A stretch of DNA of 64,000 nt, taken from Nemertoderma westbladi (lineage: Eukaryota > Animalia > Xenacoelomorpha). The DNA is taken from the NCBI GenBank assembly GCA_032718475.1, contig JAUCBJ010007524.1:62001-126000 (forward strand), given 5' to 3'. Positions 1-8,677 of this stretch are shown piece by piece. The position numbers and the translations under genes are program-made. Every line of letters begins with the position of its first letter. The first letter of the stretch is position 1. The notes under the pieces are model-generated. The model ran no database searches, was not told the origin of the DNA, and was given only the letters and a program-made list of their open reading frames with translations.

Positions 1-810
1 TATGGGAAATGCCTCCAAAAGGTTAGAGACCGCGTTTCTTTCAGGTTATGCAATAGCGACGAACAATGCGATTTGCTCTTAGCCAAGCCCAACCACGAAT
101 CGTTTGTTGTCTTTACCCCCAACTTGAGTGGACATACTTTCACTAAAGAGGCTGTTTGCCTAAATCAGGGCGTGTTCATCGGTTGCACTATACTAGATCT
201 ATCTAAGCTACAGATGTACGACCTATTTTACAACAAACTGAAGCCTCTAGAACAAAAACTGGATTGCCAGATTCGCTGTCTAGCCGGTGACACGGATTCT
301 CTAATGCTAAGCGTAACTAATGCACCACAGCTAACCTTTCTACGGGCAATGTTTGAGGGTGGTTTCCTAGATACTTCCAACTACAGTACAACACATCCAC
401 TCTATACCATTAAACACAAAGCGGCTCTCGGCTTCATAAAAGATGAGAGCTGCGGTTTGCAGTATAAACAGTGGGTTTTCCTTAAACCAAAGGTCTACAG
501 CTTTCAATCCTATGATGCCCCAATCAAGAAAACCGCCAAAGGTGTATCTAGATCTGTTGTCGCTAAGCAACTAACACACGAGGATTATGCAGACTGTTTT
601 GAAAACGAGGCAATGCTCTTCCGCTATAACTCTACCTTCACTTCTAGAAAGCATCAAATTTTTACTGGTCATGTCTATAAGAAGGCACTAACGCTCTGGG
701 ATACGAAATCATATTGGAGTAGTAAATATAGCAGCAAACCATACGGGCACTATAGCACTAAGCTTGTTAGACCGGCGAAACGAGTAGTAATCCCCCCTAC
801 TAGGATTTAA
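1..810 (+). CDS. polB: Family B DNA polymerase, Polinton-type (pPolB), C-terminal part; 5' end lies outside the window
   Basis: Frame 1 is open from base 1 (YGKCLQK, end of motif B). It continues through GCTILDLSKLQMY, catalytic GDTDSL, GFIKDE, LKPKVY, KTAKGV and KKALTLWDTK, in the order seen in Polinton polymerases. Confidence 0.92.
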   Translation, partial: YGKCLQKVRDRVSFRLCNSDEQCDLLLAKPNHESFVVFTPNLSGHTFTKEAVCLNQGVFIGCTILDLSKLQMYDLFYNKLKPLEQKLDCQIRCLAGDTDSLMLSVTNAPQLTFLRAMFEGGFLDTSNYSTTHPLYTIKHKAALGFIKDESCGLQYKQWVFLKPKVYSFQSYDAPIKKTAKGVSRSVVAKQLTHEDYADCFENEAMLFRYNSTFTSRKHQIFTGHVYKKALTLWDTKSYWSSKYSSKPYGHYSTKLVRPAKRVVIPPTRI

Positions 811-824
811 ATTTATTTTTCTAG

Positions 825-1340
825 AATAAGAAATTGAACAACAAAATAGAAATAACCAATAAACAGTTTACCGGAAAAAACATTGCCAAATTTGAACTAG
901 AGAAAATTTCACAGCAAATTAGAGGTCGAAGTTGCTTAAAACCAAACATGTTTATCTACAAAGGTGACGATTCAACTTTAATGCTATTTCCCAGCGGCGC
1001 AGTAACAATTGTAGGCCTGTGCAATAATTTAGCTAGTGAATTGCTTTATTTAAAACAAACTATTGGTATGCAATTACAAAATTTGAAACTTAATACCGAA
1101 ACACGAACTATTATTTTTCCAAGTGTTAATTTTAAATTATTAATGAAAAAATGTGGACATCATACAATTAATAATAAAGCAATATTTATTAGCTATACCC
1201 CCGAATTATTTTGCGCGATTAGAATATATATAGGACGTGCATATTTCAGTGTATTTCATAGTAATAAAATCGTTTCCATGTGTCCAGCCGGTGAATTCCC
1301 CGGATCATTATCTATTTTACAAACTATATTATTAAATTAG
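825..1340 (+). CDS. Divergent TATA-binding protein (TBP)-like protein
   Basis: Both TBP core repeats are recognisable: TLMLFPSGAVTIVG (cf. TALIFSSGKMVCTG), ISYTPELFCAI (cf. SSYEPELFPGL) and FSVFHSNKIV (cf. LLIFVSGKVV). Length matches a bare TBP core. There is no ATG at the 5' end; an acceptor-like TTTATTTTTCTAG ends at 824. Confidence 0.8.
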   Translation, partial: NKKLNNKIEITNKQFTGKNIAKFELEKISQQIRGRSCLKPNMFIYKGDDSTLMLFPSGAVTIVGLCNNLASELLYLKQTIGMQLQNLKLNTETRTIIFPSVNFKLLMKKCGHHTINNKAIFISYTPELFCAIRIYIGRAYFSVFHSNKIVSMCPAGEFPGSLSILQTILLN

Positions 1341-1708
1341 TTTATTTACTATGGTATACATGAAAGTTTACTATATTATTTATTTTGTGTTGGTTTTTAT
1401 TTTCCCGTGAGTAGGGTTTGAATCCGTGACCATCCCTGATACCTACTTTTTATAATTGCATTAGTAGGAATCGAACCCTGGTTTAACTTATTTTGTGTTG
1501 GTTTTATAATGGTCGCGAGTAGGGCTTGAACCCGTGACCTTCTGTTTTTCCTATTTTGTGTTTACTTTTTATAATTCCCATAAAACGGGATATGAATAGG
1601 GAACGAACCTGCGAGCATATATTTTTCCTAATTTATGTTTAGTTTAGTCTAGTTATTCTATGTTTACTTTTTATATTTTCATGACTAGGATTCGAACCCT
1701 GGTTTAAC

Positions 1709-1972
1709 TTATTTTGTGTTGGTTTTATAATGGTCGCGAGTAGGGATTGAACCTATGACCTCCTGTTTATTTTCCATTGACTGTTTTATATTTAATATGT
1801 CACGCTCATCTCTCTTTTTCTTTTCATCTTCACTAAAAATATCTTCGGATTTTTTAAATTTTTTTGGTAACGGAGCCATTAGTTTTTCCTTTCTATGTGT
1901 TTCCATATGACGAGATAAATTGTCTTGTCTCATTTCTTTATTACAAACCAAACAAATTTCATGTCTATGCAT
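1709..1972 (-). CDS. Small single C2H2 zinc-finger protein with basic/acidic tail
   Basis: CLVC-x12-HMETH gives exact C-x2-C-x12-H-x3-H spacing, followed by an NLS-like PKKFKK. ATG start; the 3' end runs into a repeat unit. Confidence 0.7.
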   Translation of the reverse strand: MHRHEICLVCNKEMRQDNLSRHMETHRKEKLMAPLPKKFKKSEDIFSEDEKKKRDERDILNIKQSMENKQEVIGSIPTRDHYKTNTK

Positions 1973-2049
1973 TATATAGCAATGTCAATTGATAATATTG
2001 AATTTTCACATTATATTTATGTTAAATTATAAATTTATGCTACAATTAT

Positions 2050-2235
2050 CATCATACAATTAATAATAAAGCAATATTTATTAGCTATACCCTCGAATTA
2101 TTTTGCGCGATTAGAATATATATATAGGATGTGCATATTTCAGTGTATTTCATAGTAATAAAATCGTTTCCATGTGTCCTGCCGGTGAATTCCCCGGATC
2201 ATTATCTATTTTACAAACTGTATTATTAAATTAGT
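2050..2235 (+). pseudogene. Duplicated, frameshifted 3' half of the TBP-like gene
   Basis: Near-identical to about 1159-1340 but with small insertions (ccctcgaa vs ccccgaa; extra TA in atatatatagg). The downstream repeat units are duplicated with it. Confidence 0.9.
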
Positions 2236-2985
2236 TTATTTACTATGGTATACATGAAAGTTTACTATATTATTTATTTTGTGTTGGTTTTTATTTTTCC
2301 GTGAGTAGGGTTTGAATCCGTGACCATCCGTGTTACCTACTTTTTATATTTTCATGACTAGGACTCGAATCCTGGTTTAACTTATTTTGGGTTGGTTTTA
2401 TAATGGACGCGAGTAGGGATTGAACCTATGACCTCCTGTTTATTTTCCATAAAACGGGATACGACTAGGGATCGAACCTGTGACCATCTGTTTATCCTAT
2501 TTTGTGTTTAGTTTAGGTACTCTAGTTATTCTATGTTTACTTTTTATATTTTCATGACTAGGATTCGAATCCTGGTTTAACTTATTTTGTGTTGGATTTA
2601 TAATGGACGCGAGTAGGGATTGAACCTATGACCTCCTGTTTATTTTCCATAAAACGGGATATGACTAGGGATCGAACCTGTGACCATCTGTTTATCCTAT
2701 TTTGTGTTTAGTTTAGGTACTCTAGTTATTCTATGTTTAACTTATTTTGTGTTGGTTTTATATTGGTCGCGGAGTAGGGATTGAACCCGTGACCATCTGT
2801 TTATCCTATTTTGTGTTTAGTTTAGTTACTCTATGTTAAAGTGAATTTTCACATTATATTTATGTTAAATTATAAATTTATGCTACAATTATTATTTATA
2901 TTATAAAAACAGAAATATTCGAGTTATATTGCATTATATATTTTGCATTGAAGTGGAATACTTTAGATGTTGGGGGAATCTGGTT

Positions 2986-5850
2986 TGCGAGGGATATTTG
3001 AATGGTGAGTATAACTATCCTTGAGAGTTAGTGTGACGTTATCTCACTATGGATGGGCTTTACCATTGTACTCGCATCTGCTCTCTCATTGGCTGCTCGA
3101 TGCCTCCGATTAAGGGTCTAACTAAGGCCTTCAAGCTGGTCATTTGCTTAGTTCTCTAATTGGAGGGATGTGAGTTTGGACCCTAGAAGAGCATTATTAT
3201 TTTTCCTAGCTCTTGGTTAACTCTAGCATACACTCTAGCTTTGACTCTCCCGGCTATAGTGATAGTATGCAACCTTGGGAGTTAATGTGAGTAAAGACCA
3301 AGAGATTAGACTTCAGGCTCCCTCTATTGGTTCATTCTTCTTAACTTTATAAAATAACTCAACCCGTATTTAAAGTTTTAAAAATTATGATTTAGTCGAC
3401 TAATTTTCCAAAGTATATTATAAAAACATATAATTTCTTGAATAAATAGACCTAATAGTAATAAATAATGTGGGGGTAAATACATTTATAATTCTAATAT
3501 AATTATTAAGGATAAATAGTCCTAATACTAATATAATTATGTAATAGTAAGCAAAATTTTTATGCGCAACCATCAGAGATTATTTGGATATAAAAGATCA
3601 CACAGCAGGAGGCTAACTTGCTGGGATCGACAAAGGCTTTGTGTGCGGTGTGCCGCTATGTCTTATATCGGGTGCATGAGAGAGCCCCCCTAAGCGTAAC
3701 ATTGCGAACATGGGCTATATTGCTAGAGAGAGAACTACATATAAGACCACATGGAGGTTCATGAGGTGTATGGGAGTGGATGGGTATATGGATGGAGGAG
3801 CCTAGACCATTGAATAATTAATTTAGTGCAGGAAGATGTCGCGCCATTAGTCTGACACCGAGAGGGCACAGAGAAACACCAGAAGATGCCTTAACATCAC
3901 TAACTATGGGCCTACTAGACACTATTAACCGCACACTATAATAAAGGTAAACAAAATCCTTATCGCATTTTCAGCTATAATGAGCGACAGTTCGCGGCAA
4001 ACTATAGAGAGTTTCTAGATTACTAAACGTTTCAAAACTATTAATTTTTATCCTTTGACGGAAAATTATGTTCAATTGTCCCGTTCAACAACATTACACT
4101 GGTACACATTTGATAAAATAAGTTCACAATTGTACAAATCTGGGTTTTCTGGTGGCCTGTACCATAGAAACAATAAAATAAGTATGGATAGCTAAAGTAT
4201 AATTATATGACGGTAATAACTAGGGGATATAGCATATGAATGTTAGCCTTATTTGGGCCCTCAAGCTTATTAGCAATAGAGATATCTCGCTTGCCGGCCG
4301 GCCCTCATGCAAATTTAGCGGCGCCAAGGCTAACGGGGCACCTCGAAGACAGTCTGGCTATAGTAGAGTAGAATGGATATACGAGTCCATAGCTAAAATA
4401 CATCTGCCATGGAGCCTTCGCGTAGCACTATGCTCACCAAATATATTTATAATTCTCTATCCGCGAAATTTTCAGGAATTTTAAATTTTTGCCGTCGCTT
4501 CGCGGAAAAAATAAAAAGTAAACACAAAATAGGATATACAGATTGTCATAGATTCGATTCCCTACCCCCGACCAGGGTCATTATGACCCTCCCCGGTGTT
4601 TGTACAACATTTTATAGCCCGGTAGTATTATGATTAAAGCTACTAAACTAAAACATAAAGTGCAATTATCCTATCTGTTCCAACTCAGTCTCACTACTTT
4701 AGATAATATACTATAATAATAGTGATAGCAGATGCTTTTAATTTCGCGATGAAATAATGTCAGCAAACGAAATATAGCGAATACATCATAGATAGAGTTT
4801 TAAATTAGTATGGTTTTATCTGTAATTTTTTATTTTGAACGCAATAATAAAAAGGTTATTATGTGACTCATGAAAATAAATCTTAAATAAAATACAAATG
4901 TTCCACCTTGGTGAAGTGGATGCAATGTATTTACACCTCAAGTGTGGAATCAGGTTTGTAGCCAGGACTTTTAAGTTGGGTAGACCTGGGAATATCGGAG
5001 TAGGCAGGCGGAAATGTTAATTTGGATAAAGTTTACAATAGATTTAACTGATTAATTGTTTACAGCGGATAGAAAGCAAACCTACAGTAGGATGTACATG
5101 GAGTCCACCATTAATTCATCATTTGTATACAAAGCATAATTTAAACAATGGACGAAATCGCGTAGGTCCGCGTCTACCAGTCTACTAACGCATTAACTGT
5201 CTCCTTGAATGGCTTACTATCAATCATACTACTAAAAAATTCATTGGAGAGTGGGATTGAACTCGTTGTATAGTAAAAAAGTAAAACGAGTGAAATACTA
5301 TATGTATAATTACAGGATGGCTGGGTGCAACCTTCGTTCACCTACAACCTCCCCCCAGGTGCAATCTTTGTTCGCGAAATTTTCAGGAATTTTAAATTTT
5401 GCAGTCGCATGGAGTGATAACCCTTAGGTGAAAGCTAAATTTGCTCTACTTTAATCAAATGGGGCATTAAAGCTGAGTGTATTTTCCTCTACATCCTCCC
5501 TCGATCTTACGCAAATCTGGGTAAAAGGCAGTTGAAGGGCTATCATTCCCAACATATGCGGTCCCCCCTTTAATGTTTCATTGTTCTATTCATAGTCGCC
5601 TTTAAGAATTTCTCGGGAAAATAAGGACGATCACTTTCAACCCATGCGGCCCTCCCTTTCATGATTTCATTGAACTATCCATAGTATGAACAATCAAACC
5701 AAAGCCTTTGAATATAGGACTGAATATCCTCGCGGCTTATCAGCGGCGCCATGGCTAACGGCTTAATATCAATAGTGAAGCATCTAAAAGACAGAGTGTC
5801 TATGATAGGGCAGAACAGTATACTTACAGCTTAGAGGTGGGCGCGCTGAA
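2986..5850 (+). ncRNA. Candidate cluster of structured non-coding RNA domains
   Basis: No credible ORF. Several long imperfect stems with G-U pairs on +: 3001-3008/3060-3067, 3103-3112/3157-3166, 3210-3218/3296-3304, 4241-4250/4326-4335, 4901-4906/4944-4949, 4975-4989/5177-5189 and 5740-5750/5840-5849. Confidence 0.45.
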
Positions 5851-6527
5851 AACTTTGCTCGCCATCAATACATACAAAGCATCGCCTGAAGGATAGAGTA
5901 ATAGGGTGGATATTTTCATTTTGGTGAATATAATTTATAGCATTAATCACGAAAATCGCTAAATAATATATTTTAATTAAAATCAGCTCTGATAAACAAC
6001 TTGCATATCGAGTTTGTAAAGAATTCATAGGGATTGGCTGTTTATTTAGGGGTTAACATTCAAATTGATTACGAAGAAGCAGTAGGGGTCATTAATGGTA
6101 TGCTGAGACTCACTTATTTCATGGCTCGCTCTCATAGTATAGATTAACTAGTAGAGAAAAATGAAAAATAACCGGTTAAACATCTTATATTTTTTAAACA
6201 TTATGGGGAAACAAGAATAAATAATTTACCGACAACATCAATATTAAATAATATAACAACAACGGATAAATAATTTACCAACAACATTAATAATAAATAA
6301 TATAAGAACATCAACAATAACAAAAGATATAGTCAGAACAGTTTTCAATAAATAGAGACTGTTTATATTAATTTATATTTATTATATTTAATTTATATTA
6401 ATTTAGTTGCTGCTCTCCGAGAATAAGGTTTGGTTTAACCCTTTTAGGCTCCGATACTATTAATGGTTGAGATAATTTTCTCTTTAATAGATTGTTGAGA
6501 TAACCTTTTCTTGAGAGGTGAAATAGA

Positions 6528-8114
6528 TTAAGGTGTGTTTGCTGTGGGAGAAAGATGCCTTCTCTGAGAGAACGTTTTAGTAATTCGAAAAGGCGCGCGA
6601 TGGTAAGTAAAGTCGTTGGACAGGGTGATAGTGTTGGTATTTTTCGTATTGGTGAATATAATTTCTGTTGGTTTGTTCTCGATATGAATGTAAGGACTGA
6701 GATAGTAGTGAGAGTTGGGTGGGTTGGTTATATTTATCGTGAGAAAATCGCTGCCCCTAATATTGAGACCGTTGGTGAACTGAAAAGTGGTATTCTCTTC
6801 GTCTTTCATTAAAATGGGCCAGATACCGACATATTTTTCGGATTTGAGCTTATAGATAAAGGCTGCGATACTGCTATTTATGAGATAGCGCTGGTGATTG
6901 GGGATCGTAATCTGCTTTGGTTTGAAAGCAAATTGTATAGCCATAGCCTTGAATCTGATTAGAGCCTCGCGCGCTTGAATCGTGTTAGCTATAGTAAAGG
7001 ATTCGTTAAATTTTCTCTCGGTTATCTGTAAATCAATTTCTGAATCACTGATACAACTTTGTATCGATATTCGCTCGGAAATGTTGTCTTTGTAGACGTT
7101 AAGTTCATCGTAGCAGACACATTCACTATCCTCGATGGTTGAATCGAACCATTTCAATTCGCCGACCTCGGTTGGTGTAAGAAGAATCATGCCCCTAGAA
7201 GAAACAATAGCCTTTCCTTCGTCAACCTCGTAGCCATTGGTGATCGCTAAATTGCGCTCGTTCCGAATATTTGTAACAAACCCAAAAGTGCAATAGTCAA
7301 AAGCAACCCAATTCCCCGGTTTTAGGACAAGGTGAGTAGTAGGATTAATAAAAGGGCGACAGATGTTTACATATTGTTGAAATAAATTGGCGCAGGCGAC
7401 GGAAAATGTGATCCATGAACTGTTTACATTGTCTTCCAGCTTTATTAACTCAAGTGGTTTCACTGGGTTAATACTTCCATGGGTGCCAACTCTATAATTG
7501 AATCCAAAGTAATAGGAGACTTTATTGGCGTAAATGCATGTAAGCTCATTCAATTTCTCGCCGAAAGCGAGAACATCCTTGTCGAAAAGTTTAAAGAAAC
7601 GAGTCTCCTCTTCCTCGGTCGGAGTCGACGAGTTCCAGATGAGAAGAAGAATCGAGTTTGCGATACTATGAAAATCAAATAAGCGATCATCGGAGAAGAA
7701 GGAGGTTACGAGAGTGGTTAAACCCAGTAGACGATTTGCCACATCTTGGTTGATGTTCTCTCGAATAAAATCGACTATACTAGTTGGAATCGTAAACGTT
7801 TCGGGCGAAGTAGTTAGATTGAACGTTATTTTGTTGTCCCTTTTTATAAGTTTGAAACCGTGGTTGGAGGAATGAAGTTTATTATCGTCGAGGGTTTGAT
7901 ATTGTCCATCGTGAAGTTCGTAGCAGGCGCGGAAAATAAAGTGCGCGTAGTTTGCCGGAATCGGGATGGGTTGGTTTAAGGTTGAATTTATCGTTAACAG
8001 GAAGAGTTTGTTCGCCGGATCGAAATATAGACCAAACGAGTTGTCTTGTAGCATAAACTGATTTTCGTTGCAAACCAGATCGTTGCTTGAATAGCTGATT
8101 TCTGAATGTGCCAT
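6528..8114 (-). CDS. 528-aa uncharacterised element protein with two putative PC4/Sub1-like ssDNA-binding segments
   Basis: Long intact ORF with ATG and an upstream promoter. FGFVTNIRNERNLAITNGYEVDEGKAIVSSRGMILLTPTEVGELK and FIYKLKSEKYVGIWPILMKDEENTTFQFTNGLNIRGSDF follow the pattern of PC4 [44 protein letters not shown]. The ORF is secure; the domain call is tentative. Confidence 0.65.
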   Translation of the reverse strand: MAHSEISYSSNDLVCNENQFMLQDNSFGLYFDPANKLFLLTINSTLNQPIPIPANYAHFIFRACYELHDGQYQTLDDNKLHSSNHGFKLIKRDNKITFNLTTSPETFTIPTSIVDFIRENINQDVANRLLGLTTLVTSFFSDDRLFDFHSIANSILLLIWNSSTPTEEEETRFFKLFDKDVLAFGEKLNELTCIYANKVSYYFGFNYRVGTHGSINPVKPLELIKLEDNVNSSWITFSVACANLFQQYVNICRPFINPTTHLVLKPGNWVAFDYCTFGFVTNIRNERNLAITNGYEVDEGKAIVSSRGMILLTPTEVGELKWFDSTIEDSECVCYDELNVYKDNISERISIQSCISDSEIDLQITERKFNESFTIANTIQAREALIRFKAMAIQFAFKPKQITIPNHQRYLINSSIAAFIYKLKSEKYVGIWPILMKDEENTTFQFTNGLNIRGSDFLTINITNPPNSHYYLSPYIHIENKPTEIIFTNTKNTNTITLSNDFTYHRAPFRITKTFSQRRHLSPTANTP

Positions 8115-8224
8115 CGTGATTGTGTACCGGTAACTCGTTTAGGAAATAAAAATAAATAAATACTTTTACGAAAATAATTAAAACTTTTCAGGAAAACAAA
8201 GAGACAATGATTGGGAATGTGGTG

Positions 8225-8405
8225 AACGGGGGCTATTATAGAGGGGGCTAGAATGGGTTAGCCAATCAGGGAACAGGAGGGAGAAAAGACTGTATAATTA
8301 AACCAATCAGAGAGCAGCTTTGATGACGTCACATCAGGCGAGATAATGATTGCCCAATGTTATTCAATGGTAGATTCAATTCAAGTGGCGCCATTGAATA
8401 ACGAA
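8225..8405 (-). promoter_or_regulatory. Pol II promoter of the 528-aa gene
   Basis: TATAATAG on - near 8233-8240, two CCAATCAG boxes (about 8262 and 8303), a CRE palindrome TGACGTCA (8324-8331) and an inverted repeat GTTATTCAATGG/CCATTGAATAAC (about 8358-8402). Confidence 0.6.
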
Positions 8406-8677
8406 GACAAAGGGGCCGCGAGAGGAAAGATTATAAAGTTAACGATAAGGGATCTATAAACCAAAGAGCTAAATATAGACATTATGTCATAGTGATCTCA
8501 TTGGTAATATAAAAACTAATTATTCTAAAAATAAAAATCAATGTATAAAGTAAAAGTAATATATACAATTAATTAATTTAAAATAAAGTACAAATGAATA
8601 AATAAAGTAAAATAAAGTACAATTAATTAATTAAAATTAAATATAAATAAATAAGTATTAATGAATAAAAGAGCTGC

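Larger units (their letters stand above)
1375..2835 (-). repeat. Irregular tandem array of units resembling tRNA 3' halves (B-box/T-arm)
   Basis: About 14 cores of the type GG(G/A)xT(C/T)GAA(C/T)C on + near 1414, 1467, 1522, 1599, 1688, 1743, 2308, 2361, 2416, 2468, 2561, 2616, 2668 and 2777. The minus strand reads e.g. TAAACAGGAGGTCATAGGTTCAATCCCTACTCGCGACCA. Confidence 0.8.

Noticed and set aside
1375-2835. Complete tRNA genes or a CRISPR array
   Set aside because: No D-arm or 5' acceptor strand is present; the intervening sequences are themselves repeated rather than unique spacers; the context is eukaryotic with no cas genes.
5048-5160. Hammerhead ribozyme (CTGATTA...GGACGAAA)
   Set aside because: The core is not CUGANGA and stems I/III cannot be built.
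5720-5760. HDV-like ribozyme (TCCTCGCGG)
   Set aside because: Flanking bases do not form P3, and no P1/P2 is evident.
6324-6334. Group I intron S-like motif AAGATATAGTC
   Set aside because: No matching R element upstream; it lies in AT-rich low-complexity sequence.
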